Source of the DNA: Streptosporangiaceae bacterium
Lineage (GTDB): Bacteria > Actinomycetota > Actinomycetes > Streptosporangiales > Streptosporangiaceae
Direction: 5' to 3'
DNA length: 37,640 nt
NCBI GenBank assembly: GCA_035260365.1
Contig: DATFVJ010000265.1
Span: forward strand, 1 to 37,640
Below, in pieces: positions 11,826 to 19,399 of the stretch. A model generated the notes under the pieces. That model ran no database searches and had not been told where the DNA came from. It saw only the letters and a list, made by a program, of their open reading frames with translations. The stretch's first letter is position 1; every line of letters begins with the position of its first letter. The translations under genes and the position numbers were made by a program.

Positions 11826-12782
11826 ATGGCGGATCCACGACCTGACGTGCTGGTGATCGGGGCCGGGGTGTCCGGCCTGACGACCGGGATCTGCCTGGCC
11901 GAGGCCGGGCTCCGCGTCGTCATCCGTGCGGACCGGCCGCCCGGGGAGACGACGTCGGCGGTCGCGGGCGCGCTGTGGGGCCTGCATCAGGTCGAAAGCG
12001 GCGGCCGCGCGCTCGGCTGGGCCCGCGCCAGCCTGGCCGAACTCACCCGCCTCGCCGGCCAACCCGGGACCGGCGTGCGCATGGCAAGCGGCGTCCTGGC
12101 GGCCGGGCGCGCCGGCACTCCACCGGACTGGACCGCTTTTCTCGACGGCGTGCGGCCCTGCCGCGACGGCGAGCTGCCCGGCGGCTACGAGGCCGGCTGG
12201 CGGTTCACCGCACCGGTGGTGGACATGCCCGTCTACCTCGGCTACCTGCTCGGCAGGTTCCGCGGCGCCGGCGGCACCGCGCAGACGGGCGTGGCGGGCT
12301 CGCTGGCCGGCGCCGCGCGGGAGGCGCCCGCGGTGATGAACTGCACCGGCATCGGCGCGCGTGACCTCGTACCCGATCCGGCGGTGACGCCCGTGCGCGG
12401 CCAGATCGTCGTCGTGCCCAATCCGGGCCTGGACGAGTTCTTCGTCGACGACAGCGGGCCGCCGCCCGAGCTTTTGTACATCTTCCCGCACACCGGCCGG
12501 GTCGTGCTCGGCGGCACCTCGGAGCCAGGGAGCTCGGCCCTGCGGCCCGATCCGCGCACCGCCGCACGCATCCTGGACCGGTGCGCCGCGGTCGAGCCGA
12601 AGCTGCGCGGGGCCGAGGTGATCGCCCACCGGGTCGGGCTCCGGCCGGTACGCCCGACGGTCCGGGTCGAGGCGCAGCGCCTGCCGGGTGGCACGCTGCT
12701 GTGCCACAACTACGGCCACGGCGGCGCGGGCATCACCCTCTCCTGGGGCTGCGCCCGCGACGCCGCCGGCCTGATCATCTAG
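11826..12782 (+). CDS. FAD-dependent oxidoreductase, D-amino-acid-oxidase-like
   Basis: It has an N-terminal dinucleotide fold ([22 protein letters not shown]) and the C-terminal DAO signature [20 protein letters not shown] 11820 is an alternative start. Its stop overlaps the arcA stop by 4 nt (CTAG, 12779-12782). Confidence 0.85.
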   Translation: MADPRPDVLVIGAGVSGLTTGICLAEAGLRVVIRADRPPGETTSAVAGALWGLHQVESGGRALGWARASLAELTRLAGQPGTGVRMASGVLAAGRAGTPPDWTAFLDGVRPCRDGELPGGYEAGWRFTAPVVDMPVYLGYLLGRFRGAGGTAQTGVAGSLAGAAREAPAVMNCTGIGARDLVPDPAVTPVRGQIVVVPNPGLDEFFVDDSGPPPELLYIFPHTGRVVLGGTSEPGSSALRPDPRTAARILDRCAAVEPKLRGAEVIAHRVGLRPVRPTVRVEAQRLPGGTLLCHNYGHGGAGITLSWGCARDAAGLII

Positions 12783-13999
12783 CTGTCGCGCTCCACCGGG
12801 CAGGTCATGCAGTGCGAGCCGCCCCGGCCGCGGCCAAGCTCGCTGCCCCTGATGGTGATCACCTCGATGCCGCTGCGCCGCAGGAACGTGTTGGTGGTGA
12901 CGTTGCGCTCGTACGAGATCACGACGCCGGGCTCGATCGCGAGGACGTTGCAGCCGTCGTCCCACTGCTCCCGTTCGGCCGTGTAGACGTCGTGCGTCGG
13001 GGTGAGCATCGTGACGTCGTCGAGCCCGAGAGCGCCGGCGATCGCCTTGTGCATGTCGTCGGGCGGGTGATCGGTCACCTTGAGTTCCTTCTCGTTGTCA
13101 CCGGGCTCGATCGTGTAGGACGGGAGCATGCCCAGCCCGGCGTACTTGGTGAACACGCCGCGGTCGACCATGGTCATGACCGTGTCGAGGTGCATCACCG
13201 CCCGCGCCTTCGGCATGTTGACGGCGACGATGCGCCGCGCCCCGCCCCCGGCGAAGATGCGCCGCGCGAGCATCTCGACCGTCTGTGGCTGGGTCCGCTC
13301 GCTCATCCCGATCAGCACCGATTCGTTGCCGACCGGCATGACGTCGCCGCCTTCCATCGTCGCGGGTGCGGTGGCGCTGCCCGACAGCCAGGTCTCGAAC
13401 CGCTCCCGCGCGAACATCGGGTGCCACCGGTACAGCGCCTCGTAGTGAATGGTCTCCCGCCGCCTGGCCCGCTTGCGCATCGCGTTGACCGACACGCCGC
13501 CGTAGATCCAGCACGAGGTGTCCCTGGTGTACAGGTGGTTCGGCAGCGGGCTGAGGACGAAGTCGTCCATCGCCAGCGAGTGGAACCACACGCTCGGCGG
13601 CTGCGAGGTCCGCTGCAGCAGTTCGCGCTTGGTGATGCCGCCGATCAGGTACTGCTCCAGCGTGTCGACGTCCATCGCGTCGAACGCGTTGCGGACCGCG
13701 TCGATGGCCATCGGCCCGTAGAAGCGCTCGTCGAACGTGTGGTCGAGGACGTAGCTGCGCGCCGCCGGGTCGGCGAGCGTGTGCCGCAGCAGTTCGCCGA
13801 ACAGGTGCACGGTGACGCCCCGGGCCCGCATCGCCGCCACGAACTCGTCGTGTTCCTCGCGCGCCCGCTGCGCCCAGAGCACGTCGTCGAACAGCATCTC
13901 GGCGGCGTTCGACGGGGTCAGCCGGCTCAGCTCCAGGCCGGGCCGGTGCACGATGACCTGCCGGAGCCTGCCCACCTCGGAGCTGACGCGCAGAGCCAT
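12779..13999 (-). CDS. arcA: Arginine deiminase
   Basis: [29 protein letters not shown]...LFDDVLW... at the N-terminus and ...[15 protein letters not shown] at the C-terminus (catalytic Cys) are typical ArcA. I trimmed from the track ORF (14341) to ATG 13999, which is preceded by GGAGG. Confidence 0.92.
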   Translation of the reverse strand: MALRVSSEVGRLRQVIVHRPGLELSRLTPSNAAEMLFDDVLWAQRAREEHDEFVAAMRARGVTVHLFGELLRHTLADPAARSYVLDHTFDERFYGPMAIDAVRNAFDAMDVDTLEQYLIGGITKRELLQRTSQPPSVWFHSLAMDDFVLSPLPNHLYTRDTSCWIYGGVSVNAMRKRARRRETIHYEALYRWHPMFARERFETWLSGSATAPATMEGGDVMPVGNESVLIGMSERTQPQTVEMLARRIFAGGGARRIVAVNMPKARAVMHLDTVMTMVDRGVFTKYAGLGMLPSYTIEPGDNEKELKVTDHPPDDMHKAIAGALGLDDVTMLTPTHDVYTAEREQWDDGCNVLAIEPGVVISYERNVTTNTFLRRSGIEVITIRGSELGRGRGGSHCMTCPVERDS

Positions 14000-14459
14000 G
14001 ATCGCCTCCAGTCGGATACGGGAACCCGTGCTCAGAAATGCCCACAACCACCTGTTCCCGAACGGCTGCGCACGCGAATCCACCGCGCACAGCGACCCCA
14101 GGCCCCGGCTCGCATCACTCGTCGCCGACGCGCAAGATCCTGCTGACACGTTTTCGAGGTGGCACTTGACTTGGCGGTAAGACGACCCCGTGGGGTCTGC
14201 GGCGCCGCTGAGACGTGCGGGTGCCGGGCCTAAGCCCGAACGCCCGGTCCCCCGCACGTCCTCAGCACCGCCGTGACCGAACCTCGCGGGACGATGCCGT
14301 AGGGGCACAACATCAGTACGCTCGTCAAACTCGGTGAGCACTTCAGGTCGACCAGAGCGCAGTCTGGTCGGGGCTCAAGCGGCAGGGCGTGGTGATGCGG
14401 CGGCCGTGGGAGCGGGGGTCGTGGCCCGAGGAGAGATCGCGGCGACACGCCACTCGTGC

Positions 14460-15362
14460 TTAAACGAAGTGGGTAAAGAGCGGTGGCGTGAGCGCCTTGG
14501 CGCTTCTGGCCGCCGCAGCGATGCGCTCATTCGAAGCAGCCACCTGATTGGGGTCGATCTCAAAACCGACGTATGAGCAACCCAAGCAGCGGGCTACCAC
14601 GCCGGTCGTGCCGGAGCCGCTGAACGGGTCAAGCACAACGACCTCGATGCCAGACTTGCCGTACGCCTCGATGCATCGCCTGGGTAGCTCCTCTGGGAAG
14701 CGGGAGTAGTGCTTGAGGCCGTCGATTTTTTCGTTGGGGAACTCCCAGACCGAGCCGACCGGCGGTGCCGTACGGAAATCATGGCGCTCATCCCGGGCAA
14801 ACAGGAAGATCGCTTCATGTTGCCGGTGCGGCCGGCGGCACTTCCCTTCTGGCATGGGGTTGCGCTTCCGCCAGATGACCTCACCGCGGAAGAGCCAGCC
14901 CGCATCACAGAGGGCAATGACCAGCCGGTACGGCAGGGCGAGCAGGTTGCCGTAGCGGAGCCACGGCTCGTCTCTGTCGATGAATGCCCGGCGCTTGTGC
15001 CGGGGCTTGACGTAGGCCGAGTTATCGGGCGCTAGCCCAATCTTGTCCGGCCCCAGCGTGCTGTAGGAGTGGTCCTCCAGCCGCCAGTTCACCGGGGTGT
15101 TGTAAGCGTCGCCGATGTTGACCCACAGCACGCCGCTTGTTTTCATCTTCGGCAGCAGACCGCCAAAGATGTCGGTCAGCTCAGCCACGTAGGCGCGCGG
15201 ATCTCCCTCGACGCCGTTGCCTTCGGACAGTCGCTGTCCCCAGTACGGCGGGCTGGTCACCGCTACGTCGATGCTGCTGTCTGGTAGCTCAGCAATAAGC
15301 TTCCGACAGTCGCCCTCGGTCACCTCGTTCAGCGGGAATGGCCCCAGTGACGCGGCTGTCAT
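14460..15362 (-). CDS. Beta-class DNA methyltransferase (N6_N4_Mtase family), SPPY motif suggesting N4-cytosine specificity
   Basis: Motif IV (DVAVTSPPYW) lies near the N-terminus and motif I (VLDPFSGSGTTGVVA) near the C-terminus, which is the beta-class order. The SPPY tetrapeptide is characteristic of m4C enzymes. I start at ATG 15362 (MTAASLGPFPLNEV...), which is preceded by GAGGAG. The track start is 15392. Confidence 0.88.
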   Translation of the reverse strand: MTAASLGPFPLNEVTEGDCRKLIAELPDSSIDVAVTSPPYWGQRLSEGNGVEGDPRAYVAELTDIFGGLLPKMKTSGVLWVNIGDAYNTPVNWRLEDHSYSTLGPDKIGLAPDNSAYVKPRHKRRAFIDRDEPWLRYGNLLALPYRLVIALCDAGWLFRGEVIWRKRNPMPEGKCRRPHRQHEAIFLFARDERHDFRTAPPVGSVWEFPNEKIDGLKHYSRFPEELPRRCIEAYGKSGIEVVVLDPFSGSGTTGVVARCLGCSYVGFEIDPNQVAASNERIAAAARSAKALTPPLFTHFV

Positions 15363-15381
15363 GGTTAGCTTCACTCCTCTC

Positions 15382-15414
15382 ACCGGTAGCAATCACCGGT
15401 ACTATAAACCGGTA
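15382..15414. promoter_or_regulatory. Divergent promoter/operator: three ACCGGTA boxes at 13-bp spacing around back-to-back -10 elements
   Basis: The three units read CACCGGTAGCAAT / CACCGGTACTATA / AACCGGTAGCGTG, with boxes at 15382-15388, 15395-15401 and 15408-15414. TACTAT (plus strand, 15400-15405) and TATAGT (minus strand, 15406-15401) are -10-like hexamers for the two divergent transcription units. The whole intergenic region is only 64 bp. Confidence 0.65.
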
Positions 15415-15426
15415 GCGTGTGATGTC

Positions 15427-15939
15427 ATGCCCGACACGCCGAAGCAAGCGCGCTCGCTCTGGCCGCTACCAGGCGGCGCGGGCCAGTACCTGGCCAGTCT
15501 GGACACCATCCTTCACATGGTGGACGAGACCACTGACACTGGCGCGGTACTCGACCAGATCGTTGCGACGTTTGAGCGGGTTCGGAGCCGCAAAGCCGGC
15601 CGCTCCTACCTCCATGTGGTAGCTGACCTCGGCTTGGTAAACCTTGACGGCCCGGCTGTGCGCTTGACGGCGTCCGGCCGGAGGTACCTGAAGACCGGCG
15701 ACGTTGCCCTCGTCCGCAAGGCGCTCCTTGAACGGGTTGACGGTATTGCGGAGCTGCTGCTCCTGCTTGGACAGCGGCCGATGCGAATTGGCCTGCTTCA
15801 CGAGCGCATGCAGACCAGCGGCTACCGCTGGAGCACGATGAGCCAGGTTCGGTATCGGCTGCGCTGGTTGGAAGAGGTGGGGGCAGTGACGCGACACGGT
15901 ACAGCTCGGCCTGAGTATCGCATGCGGACAGCCAACTGA
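15427..15939 (+). CDS. Stand-alone winged-helix (Mrr_N-like) DNA-binding protein, 170 aa
   Basis: I trimmed the track ORF (15217) to ATG 15427 because the upstream part overlaps the MTase gene. The C-terminal RWSTMSQVRYRLRWLEEVGAVTRHGTARPEY resembles the recognition helix plus wing of the wHTH found at the N-terminus of Mrr-type restriction proteins. This assignment is from memory and has not been searched. Confidence 0.6.
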   Translation: MPDTPKQARSLWPLPGGAGQYLASLDTILHMVDETTDTGAVLDQIVATFERVRSRKAGRSYLHVVADLGLVNLDGPAVRLTASGRRYLKTGDVALVRKALLERVDGIAELLLLLGQRPMRIGLLHERMQTSGYRWSTMSQVRYRLRWLEEVGAVTRHGTARPEYRMRTAN

Positions 15940-15958
15940 TTGTCCTACGCTCTCCCTT

Positions 15959-17089
15959 GTGCACCCGGCGATACGTCAGCTATTCCAGCAGCTTGCGCAA
16001 TTGAGGAAGTCTGCCGGACGGTCACCCGAACAGGTAGAGGCATCATTGCTGCTCGGCCCCGGCTGGGTGGAGCGCTTCGAGTCCGGGCAATATGAGCCAT
16101 CACTCGGCATGCTGGCGGCGCTGATCCAGCTCTATGGGACCGATCTACCGACCTTCTTTGCCAAGCTTGACTTGGGCAAGGAGGCGCTCGTGCCTGATCG
16201 TCACCTGAGCGCGAGCCGCGCCGGGCACGACTTGCAGCTCCACTTCCCTATGGGATCGTACGCCGCGACCGTCATACTGCCCAAGGCCAACTTGGCAGAC
16301 CTCAACGCGGTCGTCGGCAAGCTCCGAGACGAGCTAGCAGCAGGGCGACCCAGGGAAGCCATCATGCTTGCCTTCCTTGAAGCGGTGCGCAAGTGGCCGC
16401 ACGCCAACCCATCCGATCTCTGGTATTTCCTGATCGCCCACGCATACCAGGACGACTACAATCATCCGGCTTCCGAGGCTGGTCGGGATTGGGGCCAGAG
16501 CTGGAAGCGAGCCAGCGGTTGGGCGCTGGAGGCGGTCATCGTCCGGCACTATGAGTCGCAGCTCGGCAAGCACGGCATACGCCTGGAGATGCCGCCACCA
16601 AACCGACGCATCGAGCTGCTCCGCCAAATGGGCATTCCGAATCCAGCGGAAATGGCCGAGAAAGCGGATGTTATCGCCATCGGCATGGCGGCTGCCGGTA
16701 ACGAACACCCTTTTGGCGTGGTACATATCAAGGCCAGCTTTGCCGAGCGCCGAACTGATGATGTGCCGCTCAGCCAGCAGTTGATTGCGCGAGGCCTTGC
16801 TAGTCCGCTCGTCACCATGGACTGCAAAGCCTCACCAGGTCCAACGCCGGTCAACCGCGGCGAGCTGGGCCCAACGCAAGGCGGTAACGAAGCGGTCAGC
16901 GCCAAGCGCTACGACATTGAGCGCGATAACAAGTTCGACGCATGCTTCAGCTACAACCAGAGCACCAAGCCGACGCCAGCGGGACAAGCTGCTCCAGCGC
17001 GGATCTATGTTCTCGATCTCGCCAACCCGAATGACAGGTTTTCACAACACTTGATGGCGCGATGGCGCCAGCGGCAAGGGCTGGCGTGA
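15959..17089 (+). CDS. XRE-type HTH fused to a PD-(D/E)xK-like (type II restriction endonuclease-like) domain, 376 aa
   Basis: The N-terminus LRKSAGRSPEQVEASLLLGPGWVERFESGQYEPSLGMLAALIQLYGTDLPTFF fits the XRE/Cro HTH pattern. The C-terminal half has a nuclease-like arrangement: GWALEAVIV...EKADVIAIG...GVVHIKASFAERRTDDVP. This gives E...D...xK followed by a K-x-S-x-x-x-R-x-x-D stretch reminiscent of CCGG-family REases. The start is GTG 15959 with no obvious SD. It lies 19 nt after the wHTH gene. Confidence 0.6.
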   Translation: MHPAIRQLFQQLAQLRKSAGRSPEQVEASLLLGPGWVERFESGQYEPSLGMLAALIQLYGTDLPTFFAKLDLGKEALVPDRHLSASRAGHDLQLHFPMGSYAATVILPKANLADLNAVVGKLRDELAAGRPREAIMLAFLEAVRKWPHANPSDLWYFLIAHAYQDDYNHPASEAGRDWGQSWKRASGWALEAVIVRHYESQLGKHGIRLEMPPPNRRIELLRQMGIPNPAEMAEKADVIAIGMAAAGNEHPFGVVHIKASFAERRTDDVPLSQQLIARGLASPLVTMDCKASPGPTPVNRGELGPTQGGNEAVSAKRYDIERDNKFDACFSYNQSTKPTPAGQAAPARIYVLDLANPNDRFSQHLMARWRQRQGLA

Positions 17090-17263
17090 CGCGCGAGCTA
17101 ATTTAGTGCTGAACACTCAGCGCTTCAGGTCCTCACGCAGACACTTCGCTTCACAAGCTTGCTATATCACGCCTTGTGCCCAACGCTTTCCCCGATGCCC
17201 CACGGCTTTCCCTCGATCCTGTCCGGGTGGGTACCAGTCCCACCTAATGCGAGGTGCGAATAA

Positions 17264-17446
17264 ATGAAATGGGTCAAATCAAGCTACTCGTCAAACGAAG
17301 GCGATTGTGTCGAGATATCACCCATACCTGACGGAATGGCTGTCCGCGACAGCAAAGACCCTGACGGCCCTATCCTGCGATTCTCCGCCGACGCGTGGCG
17401 GGCATTCGTCCGCGAGGTCAAGGCCGGTCGGCGGGAGGTACGCTGA
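17264..17446 (+). CDS. DUF397 domain protein, 60 aa
   Basis: MKWVKSSYSSNEGDCVEISPIPDGMAVRDSKDPDGPILRFSADAWRAFVREVKAG is a textbook DUF397 sequence (W.KSS.S...G.CVE.....V.VRDSKDP.GP.L.F....W..F). The SD GAGGTG lies 7 nt upstream. Confidence 0.9.
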   Translation: MKWVKSSYSSNEGDCVEISPIPDGMAVRDSKDPDGPILRFSADAWRAFVREVKAGRREVR

Positions 17447-17524
17447 CTCGCGAGCCACGCCGGCAGGGCCAGTCTCGTCAGGCACGTCGCGGGCGTCACA
17501 CCCAGGTGTGTTACCCGTCACCCG

Positions 17525-17845
17525 TTATGAACACGCGGCGTCATACATCTTGAACAGGACGGGGACCGGAATCCTCTCACCGGCGGCGACAGCTCCGTGA
17601 ACGTTGTGGCCATCGGGACCGTCCGGTGACAGCCGCCAAGTCAGGCAACGACTGTCACGGAGCGTAAGCGTTCGTGGCGCTCGATCGTGCAGATCCTCCC
17701 TGCCGATTACGCGCTGCTCGATCGGCAGGACTAGTACGACGCAGCCGCGGTGTTCTGCGCGGATGTGCGACCCGCGGTCAGGCTGTCCGCTGTATTGGAA
17801 GGGATCACACGGCGACATTGCGAGAGCCCCCACCTGAACCGTCAC
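17525..17845 (-). CDS. Hypothetical protein, 106 aa (orphan ORF, weak support)
   Basis: This is the only sizeable ORF in the 17.45-18.04 kb gap. GC3 is moderately biased and the start is GTG. I recognise no motif. Confidence 0.3.
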   Translation of the reverse strand: MTVQVGALAMSPCDPFQYSGQPDRGSHIRAEHRGCVVLVLPIEQRVIGREDLHDRAPRTLTLRDSRCLTWRLSPDGPDGHNVHGAVAAGERIPVPVLFKMYDAACS

Positions 17846-18109
17846 GACGACGGATCGGCAGGACCCGTGTGTGCGGACGTCAGTGCGGTTGGCTAGCTCG
17901 ATAGAACGGTCAAGACACAGAGACCACCGGTCGCACCTACGGTCGCTGACCGGGGTGCCCGCGGCGCGTGGACGGTGTCGTCATCGCGCAGTCGCTCCGG
18001 ATATCGGGGCTTGGTGCGAGCTTCCTAGGTTTCTTTAAGGCCGTTGGACGGTCCGTCTTGGGCGGTGCCGCTGGACTGGGACGCATCCGATCCAATGAAG
18101 GAGTGCGTC

Positions 18110-18679
18110 ATGTCAGCACGTAACCGTCGTGTCGCCGTTGCGGGCGTCATCGCCGCGGCGGCGATCGCGGTTCCGACCGCGGCGTTGGCCTATGGTTCCC
18201 AAACGCCGTCCGTCAACCCGCCGAAGCCACCCGCGTCGGCCGCCGCGGCGAAGACGTCGCAGGGCCCGACGGACCTGTCTGGCCTAGCCTCGTCCGCCGG
18301 TATCAGCACGAGCCAGCTCAACGCCGGGCTTGTTGCCGCGAAGCGGGCTGGTGGCAACAGTTCCGCTGGGATCGCCGCGTTCGCCGTCTCAACCGGTGTC
18401 ACGAGCGCGACCGCACAACGGATCGTCTATGCCGTCTTCGGAACCCATGTCGAAAACGGCCCGACCGGGAAGTCGATGGCGGCCGCACTCGCCACCCAGC
18501 TCGGCATCAGTCCGAGCGCTGCACAGCATGCGATGAAGCAGATCATTACGCTCAGCGGCAACCACGGCGTGGACCCAGCCAGTACGGCGTTCGCCGCGGT
18601 CGCCCACGAGCTCGGGGTGAGCCCGGCCAGGCTGGCCCAGGCACTCGTCGCAGCCAAGCGGAGCGTGGCGGGCGGGTGA
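18110..18679 (+). CDS. Secreted/anchored protein with four helix-hairpin-like repeats
   Basis: ATG 18110 is preceded by AAGGAG with 7-nt spacing. The signal/TM segment is RRVAVAGVIAAAAIAVPTAALAYG. Four related segments follow: AGISTSQLNAGLVAAKRAG, TGVTSATAQRIVYAVFG, LGISPSAAQHAMKQIITL and LGVSPARLAQALVAAKRS. It sits directly upstream of a two-component pair. Confidence 0.75.
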   Translation: MSARNRRVAVAGVIAAAAIAVPTAALAYGSQTPSVNPPKPPASAAAAKTSQGPTDLSGLASSAGISTSQLNAGLVAAKRAGGNSSAGIAAFAVSTGVTSATAQRIVYAVFGTHVENGPTGKSMAAALATQLGISPSAAQHAMKQIITLSGNHGVDPASTAFAAVAHELGVSPARLAQALVAAKRSVAGG

Positions 18680-18727
18680 GCGCGCCTGACCAGCGCCGGG
18701 CGGCGTGAGCCCGCGCATAATGGTCGC

Positions 18728-19399
18728 GTGCGCGTTCTCGTGGTGGACGATGACCCGGCGGTCCGCCGATCACTGGCCACCGCGCTCGGGCGTGACGGCT
18801 ATGAGGTGCTGGCCGCGGACGGTGGCAGCGCCGCATTCGCCCACCTCGCGGCCGCGCCAATCGACGTGATCGTTCTCGACGTGGCCATGCCCGAGCCGAA
18901 CGGGCTTGAGGTGTGCCGGCGGCTTCGCGCGCGCGGCGTCCGGACCCCGATCCTGATGCTCACCGTCCGCGATCTGGTGGATGATCGCGTCGCCGGGTTG
19001 GATGCGGGCGCGGACGACTACCTCACCAAGCCGTTCGCGCTCGCGGAGCTGCGGGCCCGGCTGCGCGCGCTGCTGCGCCGCACCGGGACGGGTGCCGAGC
19101 AGCTCAGCTACGCGGACGTGGTTCTCGACCTCGCCGCGGCCCGGGTGACGCGGGGCGGGCGCGAGGTTTCCCTGACCCGGACCGAGTACCTGCTACTCGA
19201 GCTGTTCCTGCGCAACCCCGGCCGGGTGCTCAGCCACGCAAGCATCTACCAGGCCGTCTGGGGCTACGACTTTGGGCCGCGCTCGAACAACCTTTGGGTG
19301 TACATCAGCTACCTGCGCACCAAGCTCGAGAGCGCCGGTGAGCCACGCATCCTGCACACCGTGCGAGGGCTCGGCTACGTGCTGCGGGACACGCCGTGA
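18728..19399 (+). CDS. OmpR/PhoB-family response regulator
   Basis: The receiver domain reads MRVLVVDDDPAVR...VIVLDVAMPEPNG...LTKPF. The winged-helix output domain reads LTRTEYLLLELFLRNPGRVLSHASIYQAVWGYDF...VYISYLRTKLE...LHTVRGLGYVL. Confidence 0.93.
   Translation: MRVLVVDDDPAVRRSLATALGRDGYEVLAADGGSAAFAHLAAAPIDVIVLDVAMPEPNGLEVCRRLRARGVRTPILMLTVRDLVDDRVAGLDAGADDYLTKPFALAELRARLRALLRRTGTGAEQLSYADVVLDLAAARVTRGGREVSLTRTEYLLLELFLRNPGRVLSHASIYQAVWGYDFGPRSNNLWVYISYLRTKLESAGEPRILHTVRGLGYVLRDTP

Larger units (their letters stand above)
14150..18040. other. Lower-G+C islet, putatively horizontally acquired (approximate borders)
   Basis: Spot counts of individual 60-nt lines give about 50-67% G+C here against 72-80% in flanking genes. 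Codons ending in A or T (AAA, GAA, CAA, TTT, ATT) are frequent. The gene content is R-M-like. I saw no integrase, transposase, tRNA or flanking direct repeat. Confidence 0.6.

Noticed and set aside
12779-12782. The 4-nt convergent stop-codon overlap (CTAG) between the DAO-like gene and arcA, considered as a regulatory feature.
   Set aside because: It is a palindromic TAG/CTA overlap that arises easily by chance in compact genomes. Nothing further supports a function.
10929-14146. ORFs 10929-12965 (minus, 678 aa) and 12581-14146 (plus, 521 aa).
   Set aside because: They lie antisense to the secreted-protein and DAO genes and to arcA respectively. Composition is low-complexity and Arg-rich. 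They are the same kind of high-GC artefact.
14160-14300. Inverted repeats upstream of arcA (ACGTGCGGG...CCCGCACGT around 14215-14260, and GACCCCGTGGGGTC around 14193-14206) as a possible riboswitch or sRNA, plus a search for ArgR ARG boxes.
   Set aside because: I recognise no Rfam-like family or convincing ARG-box palindrome, and the structures are short and GC-driven. This is worth an Infernal scan but is not supportable as a feature from inspection alone.
14000-18110. A tRNA gene, integrase or att-type direct repeats at the islet borders.
   Set aside because: I scanned by eye for T-loop-like GGTTCGAATCC/GTTCGA motifs and for shared 10-mers or longer at both borders and found none. I therefore did not annotate the islet as a mobile element.
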